From an uncultured Gammaproteobacteria bacterium (GTDB taxonomy: Bacteria > Patescibacteriota > Microgenomatia > Levybacterales > GWA1-39-11), in NCBI GenBank assembly GCA_964651815.1, contig CAZYWG010000007.1:5129-69128 (forward strand): a stretch of 64,000 nt of DNA, given 5' to 3'. The notes below the pieces were generated by a model, which saw only the letters and a list, made by a program, of their open reading frames with translations, searched no databases and was not told the DNA's origin. Below are positions 28,967 through 36,751 of this stretch, piece by piece (position 1 is the stretch's first letter; the number at the start of each line of letters is the position of its first letter). The translations under genes and the position numbers were made by a program.

Positions 28967-29527
28967 TTAACTTTTCTCTAGAGGGAAATTGCGGGTCAGC
29001 CATTCTGCGCTTTTTTCCATAAATGTAGGCTGCACAAATTCACGGTAAGGTAGATACCTGACTAAAATCTTACGCAAATGATCGCGTGTTAGATTTCCAA
29101 GCGAAATCTTAAGCTCGCCTGGGAACATCACTTGAGTCCTCAATATCAAAATATCTGCCCCATCTATCCTTTTGAAGTAAAAATCATAAAGCTCTGACCA
29201 AATATAAAAATAGTCCTCTACTTTAATCCCCTCAGTTGTTATTTTATAGTGGAAATCATGCGGAGGGACAACAGAAAGGGCAAATGACAAGAAAGTTAGG
29301 GCAAGTAAAACTACCATTAATTCATACTGACTGAAAAGAAAAAGTATGACCAAAAAAAACATCAGAATTAAAAGTACGGATAGATAAAATTGCCTGCTTT
29401 TCTTTCTGAATGGTCGGCCAGGCGCGCTCCATGAGACCATTGTTCTTACATCAAAATCGTGTTTATTCTGATGAGAACCCTGCTCATCAAAGTATTCGTG
29501 CTGAGTTTGATGTGAAGTTGTATCCAT
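28967..29527 (-). CDS. hypothetical membrane protein (2 TM)
   Basis: 186 aa, hydrophobic core flanked by charged domains; no recognisable motif. Confidence 0.4.
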   Translation of the reverse strand: MDTTSHQTQHEYFDEQGSHQNKHDFDVRTMVSWSAPGRPFRKKSRQFYLSVLLILMFFLVILFLFSQYELMVVLLALTFLSFALSVVPPHDFHYKITTEGIKVEDYFYIWSELYDFYFKRIDGADILILRTQVMFPGELKISLGNLTRDHLRKILVRYLPYREFVQPTFMEKSAEWLTRNFPLEKS

Positions 29528-29605
29528 ACTTTAATAATGACCCAAGTTGAGGAAAAAATCAAGGAAAAAGTAGTGCGAAAAATTTGGTCGTTCAAACCAA
29601 TTGAT

Positions 29606-30472
29606 TTAGAGTTCGATGAGTGAAGTACCGTCTCCATTTTTTACTTCTTTGAGATATTGAAGATAACGCTCTGTTGAAGAAAGTCTTTTATGGCCCAAAA
29701 CCTTTGAAAGGAATATGATTGAAACACCATTTTTTAAGTGGTGAGCAACAAATGTGTGTCTGAGATCATTAATCTTTGCATTTTCAATTCCGGCACGTCT
29801 AAAATATCTCTCAATAGCGTCTCTGATGTTTCTAACTAAAAAAGGCTTACCTGTTTTTGTGACAAATAGATGGTCGTCAGCAGTTTCAGGTCTTGCATCA
29901 ATATAGCGTTTAAGCGCATCTTTTGCTCTTTTATTCAATGGTACTTCTCGAGCAGGATGTCCTTCATAAGGACGGACATTTAAGACGCTGTCTCTCACAT
30001 CCTCGCGTCTTATATTTGCAAGCTCTCCAATTCTTACACCCGTTTGAAGCAAAATCTCAACAATTGCATAAATTCTGGAGTCAGATGACGCCGAATCACG
30101 CAAAGCACGATACTCAAGTGGAGATAAAACTCGCGGCGGATTTAATTCATATTTTGGGTGCTTGACTATAAGAGATGGGTCATCAGTTACATATTCACTT
30201 ATCTTTAGGAAACGGTAGAAAGTTCTAGTTGAATTAAGTTTTCTTGAAACGGATTTAGGAGTGTAGCCTTTTGATTGCATTGAGGCTAAAAATGCCTGAA
30301 TATCTTCTGAGGTAACTTCGTGAACATTTTCTTTTTTAAGTTCACCAAGAAAAGAGATCAACTGGTCAATATCCTTGCCATAAGCAAGAATTGTTGCAGA
30401 AGCTTTATTTTTAGATTTTAAAAAGTCTTGAAAGCGGTCTCGCGCATCCTGAACCCTAACTGGACTTGTCAT
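29606..30472 (-). CDS. xerC: tyrosine recombinase, XerC/XerD family
   Basis: C-terminal catalytic region with R..H..R..Y spacing (LRHTFVAHHL ... LGHKRLSSTERYLQ); N-terminal core-binding domain. Confidence 0.8.
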   Translation of the reverse strand: MTSPVRVQDARDRFQDFLKSKNKASATILAYGKDIDQLISFLGELKKENVHEVTSEDIQAFLASMQSKGYTPKSVSRKLNSTRTFYRFLKISEYVTDDPSLIVKHPKYELNPPRVLSPLEYRALRDSASSDSRIYAIVEILLQTGVRIGELANIRREDVRDSVLNVRPYEGHPAREVPLNKRAKDALKRYIDARPETADDHLFVTKTGKPFLVRNIRDAIERYFRRAGIENAKINDLRHTFVAHHLKNGVSIIFLSKVLGHKRLSSTERYLQYLKEVKNGDGTSLIEL

Positions 30473-30505
30473 AAATTTTGATAAAGCCTATAATATCAAG
30501 AGGAG

Positions 30506-30862
30506 TTGTGTTTGTCAATGATTAGAGTGAAAAGAATTCTTCCATTCGTAATTATAATCTTTCTCGCTTTATTGGTTAAAAATAACATTTCGAGTATTTC
30601 ATCTACTCTTACTAATTCTAGTACTACAGATAATCTTACAAAAAAGTTAAGCGACGAAAAGAAGGAAAACCTGTATCTTAAAGAGCGGCTGCAGTACGCT
30701 AATAGTGATCAATTTGTTCAAGAACAGGCTCAAGAGAAATTAGGACTTCTAAAAACAGGCGAGTATTTTGTGATTGCACCTACTTCTACCCCACTAAACA
30801 CTCAGACTTCAGTCCCAGACCAAAAACCTAACTGGCAAAAGTGGTGGGAGCTATTCTTTTAA
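30506..30862 (+). CDS. ftsB: septum formation initiator (FtsB/DivIC-like)
   Basis: N-terminal TM helix. KENLYLKERLQYANSDQFVQEQAQEKLGLLKTGEYFVIAP matches the FtsB coiled-coil and C-terminal consensus. Confidence 0.6.
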   Translation: MCLSMIRVKRILPFVIIIFLALLVKNNISSISSTLTNSSTTDNLTKKLSDEKKENLYLKERLQYANSDQFVQEQAQEKLGLLKTGEYFVIAPTSTPLNTQTSVPDQKPNWQKWWELFF

Positions 30863-31662
30863 GGTTTTGGTGTAGCGCGACTTCCAATTGCAGTTCTGAC
30901 AATCCCCCCGGCTACTTTTTTACCTGTTTCTAGAGCCACTCCAGCAGTTCCAAACAAAACATCATCAGCAACGCTGCCAACAGATCCCGTAGCTTTTGCT
31001 TTAACTGCATGCTCAAACGCATCTCCCACCTGGGGTAAATCCGGACCAAGCTCAAACGCGGCTGTTCCTAGAGTTGCACCAATTATCGCATTTCTTGCCC
31101 GCTTACCAAGTGTATCGCCAAACGTTCCTCCACCCATCGCCCCACCTATTATTAGGGATATTTCTTCAGCATGAGGCGTGTTGGTTACCGACATAATGAT
31201 TGCGGTTAATCCAGACACACCGACTGCTTGAAATTTGGGATTTTTCAAAATTTTTAAACATATCTCCCCCATTTTACCTATAACATTCGCTTGTTTAAGT
31301 TCCTGCTGAATCTGCTCTTCAGTTTGCACTTCTACTTTAATATCATCTCTAACATCTTCTATTGCTGTTGCGTCTTGTTCTTTGTGAGTTTCGGCATCTG
31401 GTAGATCTTGGCTTTCATCGGTAGAACCTTGAATATTCGCTTTTTGTGTTTCTCCTGTTTTTTCACCCCCATCTGTTATTTTTTTATCTTCATGTTCTGA
31501 CGCATTTAATTCTTTATTTGCATTTTGGTCAGTTTGTGAAACTTGTGGTGCACTGGATTCATTTGAGGCCGAGGGTTGTTGATTTCTTTGTCCGGAACTG
31601 TCTGGCTGCTCTGCTTGAGGGCCAACTCCGGCTCCTATTTCTGAAGCTGATGTGTTATCCAT
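30859..31662 (-). CDS. hypothetical protein: disordered acidic N-half, Gly-rich glycine-zipper-like C-half
   Basis: 267 aa; C-terminal GGAMGGGTFGDTLG ... GATLGTAAFELG. Confidence 0.4.
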   Translation of the reverse strand: MDNTSASEIGAGVGPQAEQPDSSGQRNQQPSASNESSAPQVSQTDQNANKELNASEHEDKKITDGGEKTGETQKANIQGSTDESQDLPDAETHKEQDATAIEDVRDDIKVEVQTEEQIQQELKQANVIGKMGEICLKILKNPKFQAVGVSGLTAIIMSVTNTPHAEEISLIIGGAMGGGTFGDTLGKRARNAIIGATLGTAAFELGPDLPQVGDAFEHAVKAKATGSVGSVADDVLFGTAGVALETGKKVAGGIVRTAIGSRATPKP

Positions 31663-31746
31663 AAACTAATATTGCCAACGTTTAAATAAAAAGTCAATTA
31701 ACTAACTCGTTGACATAGCCATTCGCAATCATTATTATCATTAATT

Positions 31747-31992
31747 ATGAAGGATAAATTGTGGGAGTGGTGGGAAGTACTTCTGTGGGCTTACTCAACG
31801 CTTTACGCTATTTTCATAATGTTTATAGCAATCAGCATGGTCCTTAATCCTTACTCTTCAAAATACACTCCCCCTGCTGATGATAGAGCCGGAGGTATAA
31901 CGTTTTTAATATTGACCCTACCCGTTTTGATATTTCTAGTATTTGAGGGGATTAAACACATCGGGCGCAAAAACATTCAGGACATATTCTAA
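31747..31992 (+). CDS. hypothetical small membrane protein
   Basis: 81 aa, two hydrophobic helices. Confidence 0.35.
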   Translation: MKDKLWEWWEVLLWAYSTLYAIFIMFIAISMVLNPYSSKYTPPADDRAGGITFLILTLPVLIFLVFEGIKHIGRKNIQDIF

Positions 31993-32071
31993 AGAAAAAT
32001 ATACATACCTCCTTTAATTGAAAATCTTATAATTATTTGATTTCAAAATTATCGTATGATATATTCCCAAA

Positions 32072-32455
32072 ATGGAAAGAGGCAGCAGTGCTGGAAATGG
32101 AAAGGAGGCAGGTGGAGGATCAGATCCAAGGCCTACCGCAAACCAATATCTTAGAGGAATTTTAAGAGAAATAGATACGTCTCTTAAAAGTCCGGACGCC
32201 TGGGATAAACAGGTTCACAGTGAAAAAGCAAGAGTTGAAGCTTTTAAATTTATAAGAGAGGTAAAACCTCGAGAACTTTCAACCCTTGGTGGGGCGCTTA
32301 CACGCTTATTAAAAGAAAATCCTGATACTCTTGCTCTCGTGATGGGAACATATGCTGCCATAAGAGACGCTTATCTCATTGAACAAACTATCAAAGCCCG
32401 ACAGGTAAGAACTATGATGGGTCTTCCTACAAGAGGTAGGATTTTCCGAGTTTGA
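32072..32455 (+). CDS. hypothetical protein
   Basis: 127 aa, Gly-rich N-terminus, helical remainder. Confidence 0.4.
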   Translation: MERGSSAGNGKEAGGGSDPRPTANQYLRGILREIDTSLKSPDAWDKQVHSEKARVEAFKFIREVKPRELSTLGGALTRLLKENPDTLALVMGTYAAIRDAYLIEQTIKARQVRTMMGLPTRGRIFRV

Positions 32456-32466
32456 GGATAATATTG

Positions 32467-32731
32467 TTGCGGAGCAAGGAATCGCACCTTGTCTAGAAGA
32501 TTATGCATCTGTTTCTCCAATTACTTAGAGTGTCGGACTATATCTTCACCCCTAAATTTTAGGGGGCTTGGCGTGTAGTCTCTACGGTGTCCCAAACTTG
32601 TTGGTTTAGGTTCCCTCGGTATTACCCTAAATAAATCTCTAGGGTTCCACCGATATAGCCAAGTACTCTCATATCGTTACCATTATGAGGGCCCATTTTG
32701 AGCCTTCTGTGCAGCTTTACACTACCCCGCA
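32467..32731 (-). tRNA. tRNA (anticodon CAU; Met/Ile2-type) split by a group I intron between positions 33 and 34
   Basis: Minus-strand exon 1 (32731-32701) is tgcggggtagtgtaaagctgcacagaaggct. Exon 2 (32505-32467) is cataatcttctagacaaggtgcgattccttgctccgcaa. Spliced product: acceptor TGCGGGG/CTCCGCA, D stem GTGT/GCAC, anticodon stem GAAGG/TCTTC with loop cuCAUaa, T stem CAAGG/CCTTG. The D loop is atypical (AAAGCU, no GG). Confidence 0.55.
32506..32700 (-). ncRNA. group I self-splicing intron (~195 nt, compact, Azoarcus-like tRNA intron)
   Basis: Read on the minus strand. P1: exon ..GGCU pairs with IGS GGCC. P2 CTCATA/TATGAG. P3 CTTGGC/GCCAAG. P4 TCGGT/ACCGA. P5 CCCTAGA..TTAGGG. P6 CCTAAAC/GTTTGGG. 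R element CGTAGAGACTACACG. P8 CCCCCTAAAATTTAGGGG. S element AAGATATAGTCCGAC. P7 ACTAC/TAGTC. Terminal G at 32506. Confidence 0.75.
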
Positions 32732-32847
32732 TGTGATCAATATACTACCAGAATAATTAGCCTTAGTCAATGATTAAGCGCACTCAGTCATTTATAAAAA
32801 TTAACTTATTGATTTATTGCAATTTTTGCTTCAAAATATAGCTAAAC

Positions 32848-33531
32848 ATGAAATACAATAGTGTTGTCAAAGAAAAGGTTCGTAAACTTAGAAGGTCAGG
32901 CTTTAGTTTAAACCAAATTAGCAATACAACTCACGTTGCAAAAACAACTATTCGAGCATGGATTTCGGATATTTACTTATCGAAAAATCAGAAAGATATA
33001 CTCGATAAAAAAGTATCCAAAGCATTACAAGAGGGAAGAATTAAAGCACAAATGATCAATCATCAAGTACGTGTTGAAAAGGAAAAAACATTATTAAATC
33101 AGGGTAGAAAAGAAATTGGAAAATTAACAAGAAATGAATTGATGGTGGTCGGAATCGCATTATATTGGGCGGAAGGATTCAAAAATAAATATGAAAAAAG
33201 ACTTGGTTTTTGTAATTCGGATCCTCAAATGATTTTGTTTTATCTTAAATGGCTTAGAGAAATATTGGAAGTTGACGTTAAGAATATTACTGCCCGTGTA
33301 TCAATTAACGCTGCTTATAAAGAAAAGGATCAACAAATTAAAACTTATTGGTCAAAAATAACAAGTATTCCTTTAGGTCAATTTACTGCCAGTTTTTATC
33401 AAAATACTTTGTGGAAAAAAGAATATTTTGATGATAATTATTACGGTGTTCTAAGAATTCACGTCAAAGAAAGCTTAGATCAACTACTAAAAATGCGGGG
33501 GTGGATTGAAGGAATAAAGCTAAATGCATAA
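32848..33531 (+). CDS. HTH plus LAGLIDADG-like (homing-endonuclease-like) protein
   Basis: N-terminal HTH (LRRSGFSLNQISNTTHVAKTTIRAWI). VVGIALYWAEGFK resembles the second LAGLIDADG helix of I-DmoI (GLYVAEGDK); a later FCNSDPQMILFYLKWL is HE-like. Lies 117 bp from the intron-containing tRNA on the opposite strand. Confidence 0.5.
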   Translation: MKYNSVVKEKVRKLRRSGFSLNQISNTTHVAKTTIRAWISDIYLSKNQKDILDKKVSKALQEGRIKAQMINHQVRVEKEKTLLNQGRKEIGKLTRNELMVVGIALYWAEGFKNKYEKRLGFCNSDPQMILFYLKWLREILEVDVKNITARVSINAAYKEKDQQIKTYWSKITSIPLGQFTASFYQNTLWKKEYFDDNYYGVLRIHVKESLDQLLKMRGWIEGIKLNA

Positions 33532-33591
33532 AAGTGTTGAATCATTAAGTAAATTTGTATTTGCTATTTTTTTTTAGTACAATGAACCCCA

Positions 33592-34338
33592 ATGGCAAAA
33601 CGCGAAGAGTTAAAAGTTGAAAAAAGAAGCGTTGTTGGGAAAAAAGTTAAGAAATTAAGACGCGACGGAATTGTCCCCGGAAATGTTTATGGGAAAGAGA
33701 TGAAATCAGCCGCGGTCCAACTCCCACTCAAAGATTTTTTGACAGTTTATAAACAGGTTCACGAAACCGGACTTGTAGATCTTGCGCTTGATGGGCAGAT
33801 GCTCCCAGTCTTAATCCACAACGTTCAATTTGATCCTAAAACGAGAGTTCCCGTTCATGCGGATTTTTTCAAGGTAAATCTTAAGGAAAAAATCACAGCA
33901 AAAATTCCTGTTGTCTCAATTGGTGAGCCAAAAGCAGAAACAGATAAAGTTGGACTTTTGGAGCAACCGGTTGCAGAAATTGAAGTTGAGGCTCTTCCAA
34001 CAGATCTCCCGGAGAAGATTGAAGTTGACGTTGCAAGTCTTGCTAAGGTTGATGACCAGATTCTGGTATCAGATGTTAAGCTCCCTGCAGGTGTTACCGT
34101 TCTTTCGGAAGCTTCACAAGTTGTGTTTAAAATAGGAGAACTCGTCACAAAAGAAATGGAAGCGCAGGCAGCGGCTGATGAAGCGGCAACTGCTGAGGCT
34201 ACGACTGCAGAAGAGGGCGCTGAAGGAGAAAAAGCAGCAACTGAAGGTGTTACTCCTACTGAAGGCGACGAGGGCAAAGATGAAAAACAAACAGATAAAA
34301 AAGAAGAAAAAGCTTCAGACAATACCTCAAAAGAATAA
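33592..34338 (+). CDS. rplY: 50S ribosomal protein L25 / general stress protein Ctc form
   Basis: MAKREELKVEKRSVVGK...LRRDGIVPGNVYGK N-terminus; acidic C-terminal extension. Confidence 0.85.
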   Translation: MAKREELKVEKRSVVGKKVKKLRRDGIVPGNVYGKEMKSAAVQLPLKDFLTVYKQVHETGLVDLALDGQMLPVLIHNVQFDPKTRVPVHADFFKVNLKEKITAKIPVVSIGEPKAETDKVGLLEQPVAEIEVEALPTDLPEKIEVDVASLAKVDDQILVSDVKLPAGVTVLSEASQVVFKIGELVTKEMEAQAAADEAATAEATTAEEGAEGEKAATEGVTPTEGDEGKDEKQTDKKEEKASDNTSKE

Positions 34339-34749
34339 TTACCTCTCAATACTTTTTTCGAGTTCTCTTGCTTTCTCAAATGAAGGATCAAGTACAACTG
34401 CATGGTGTAAAAAGCTTTCAGCGTTTTGGTTATCGCCAAGCTCAATAGAATACAAGCCCGCATTATAATACCCGTCCGGAAAATTTGGGTGAGCCTGAAT
34501 CACGCCTTTCCAATATATCAGGTTGTCCACTGCCCGCTCCCTCTGGTCTTTTACATCAAGATATTTCAAAAATAACAAACCCATGGTAAAAATTAACACT
34601 GCGAGCATTAAAACAAGTACCAGAATAAAATATTGAAGCAACTCTAGTCTAATTTGCTTAATTTTTATGTTTTTCTTAAACCACTTTTTAATGCCTTGCG
34701 GTAAACGTTCGGTAATTTTGCGGTAATAGCTGGCAATTCTTTTTTTCAC
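34339..34749 (-). CDS. hypothetical membrane protein (TPR-like C-terminus)
   Basis: 136 aa, one TM helix. Confidence 0.4.
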   Translation of the reverse strand: MKKRIASYYRKITERLPQGIKKWFKKNIKIKQIRLELLQYFILVLVLMLAVLIFTMGLLFLKYLDVKDQRERAVDNLIYWKGVIQAHPNFPDGYYNAGLYSIELGDNQNAESFLHHAVVLDPSFEKARELEKSIER

Positions 34750-34753
34750 CTTT

Positions 34754-36751
34754 TTATTTTACTACAGCCAGAATTTCTGCGTTTGCGTTTTCATAAATTT
34801 TCTTAAGTCCAACCCACTCCGCAGGATACGGCAACTCTTCAATGTAATCTTCATACTTTGCAAGATAAATATATTTTGCATGATTTACCTGAATTTCCTT
34901 TTTAATATCCTCTGGGGACTTTGCGAGTGGTAGTTTTAAACTCCCAATGATTTTTTTCCTGGAAATAAAACCAATATAATTTTTGTACCCCGCCATTGCC
35001 GCTGGTTCGTATTCCGTTTGCCACGTGCATCTTAGACAGTCTTTGTCATAAACAAGAACTATGCCTTGAGGGAGCTTTTGGAGATAATTTAATGCATAAA
35101 GCTCTGATTCGCTAATAGTTAATTTTTTCCATGAAAGCAGGAATAATCCAATGATAATTATTAAAACAAGTAAGGTTATTTTTACGGATTTATAATTTGA
35201 AAACATAAATAAAGTTACGATAAAAATCAGCAATATGATAAACAAAATCGTAGGCAAAATGTTTATCAGTGGGGTTGGAATCATTCGCATTAAACCGTAT
35301 GGAAACCTAAAACCAATGTTCTCAACATATAACTTACCTGGTGGAAAAGGTAACTTACTTCCAAGTCCAACATAAATATGACCCTTACCTTCATCTTGGG
35401 TTTGTATTTCAACTCTATTCCCACCAAACATAACTGTACATTTTTTGAACTTTACCTTATCCAACTTAACGGAGACTATATCTCCACATAAAAACGATTC
35501 TTCGCTATGAGGTTCAATATTTGAATCTATAAGATAAGGAAGGTTTATGAATAAGCTATTTTGCCTATTTGGAGATTTATAAAATGGTTCTTCAAAATTT
35601 GAATAGTATGAAATAAGATTCCGGATTGTTAATTTTTGAGTTATTGGGTCATATACCAAACCAATTCTATAATTTGGGTTTTGGAACCAGATAGCTTTTT
35701 TGGTACTCCCCAAAAAATCATCAGACATTAACATATGTGGAGGCGAAACATTCTTAAATTTATTGCGATACCAATTGGCAAATTCCTGTGACGTGGTAAA
35801 TTGACTACTGCTTGATTGACTTAAATTTATAATCTCATCAAGTCTTTTGGCATACGGGCCGGAAAAAGTCTTGGGTTCCGAATCTGCCTCAAGACCTAAG
35901 GTTAGTTGACCAAATTCATTGTTTTCTTGTTTTGTTGAATAAAACGATGCGATTTTTTGGAAATATTCGTCAGTCAGTCCAATTGTTGAATAATCTTGAG
36001 GACTGTACATTGCTGCCGAATTTGCAGAGGGACTTTGAAATCCGTTAATGGGGTCCCGCGGCGCCCACCGGAGCATCACAACATTTATTTTGTCTTTTGC
36101 GCTTTTTGCAGGGATTGCTGCATTTATATTTGAAGGATAATATGGTGTTGAATAATAAGTACCCCAAACATTATATCCGTCAAGTGAAAACTGATCGGAA
36201 ACAGAGAGATTTGATGTGATTTGATATTTCTTCGAAAGATAATTGAGAGAATATGAATCTGTCCACCAAGACCCAACAGACTTAGGATAATAACCAAAAG
36301 TTTTTTTAAAATCCGCAAATACTCTATCCATCAATTTTTTCCGGTCATCTTGTATGTACCCCGTGAGAAATAAAGACGCCGCGCGGTGCCATGAGTCACG
36401 CGCGTTGTAGACAACTCCTGCTTTTTTTGCAAAAAGAGGCGTCACTTCTAAAAAAATCCCAAGCTCTTGCTTATTATCAAAAGTAGATATAACTTTTAAC
36501 ATTTGCGGATTTGATAACGCATCGTCTGACAGAAGCCAGGTTGCAGGGAGCGATCTTTTTTTAATTTCCGTGTATTCTGATCCTAGACTGTCAGCCGGGT
36601 TTTTAATGTAAGACGAAATTCTTACGGGGTTTACAATTGTTATAAAAGAATTATTTGATGCGAAAGTTTTATTTGGGAAAAGTAAAAAAGATAAAAAAAA
36701 CAGAACAAAAACTGAGCGCTTTAAATTTTTATTAAACATTAGCGAGGCCAC
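34754..36751 (-). CDS. hypothetical large secreted/membrane protein
   Basis: 665 aa; N-terminal signal peptide, C-terminal TM helices, Tyr/Ser/Asn-rich. Confidence 0.45.
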   Translation of the reverse strand: MASLMFNKNLKRSVFVLFFLSFLLFPNKTFASNNSFITIVNPVRISSYIKNPADSLGSEYTEIKKRSLPATWLLSDDALSNPQMLKVISTFDNKQELGIFLEVTPLFAKKAGVVYNARDSWHRAASLFLTGYIQDDRKKLMDRVFADFKKTFGYYPKSVGSWWTDSYSLNYLSKKYQITSNLSVSDQFSLDGYNVWGTYYSTPYYPSNINAAIPAKSAKDKINVVMLRWAPRDPINGFQSPSANSAAMYSPQDYSTIGLTDEYFQKIASFYSTKQENNEFGQLTLGLEADSEPKTFSGPYAKRLDEIINLSQSSSSQFTTSQEFANWYRNKFKNVSPPHMLMSDDFLGSTKKAIWFQNPNYRIGLVYDPITQKLTIRNLISYYSNFEEPFYKSPNRQNSLFINLPYLIDSNIEPHSEESFLCGDIVSVKLDKVKFKKCTVMFGGNRVEIQTQDEGKGHIYVGLGSKLPFPPGKLYVENIGFRFPYGLMRMIPTPLINILPTILFIILLIFIVTLFMFSNYKSVKITLLVLIIIIGLFLLSWKKLTISESELYALNYLQKLPQGIVLVYDKDCLRCTWQTEYEPAAMAGYKNYIGFISRKKIIGSLKLPLAKSPEDIKKEIQVNHAKYIYLAKYEDYIEELPYPAEWVGLKKIYENANAEILAVVK

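Noticed and set aside
28880-30472. Integrated mobile element implied by a tyrosine recombinase next to tRNA-Ser(GGA)
   Set aside because: The recombinase has XerC/XerD-like architecture. Flanking genes are housekeeping (Nudix, ftsB-like). I found no direct repeat of the tRNA 3' end downstream. It is most simply a chromosomal Xer recombinase.
32460-32850. RNase P RNA as the identity of the ORF-free 390-bp region
   Set aside because: There is no P4 consensus (GGAAAGTCCGG ... ACAGAAACCCGGCTTA) and no GGTAAGAGCGCACC-like P10-P12 element. The region instead matches group I intron core elements on the minus strand.
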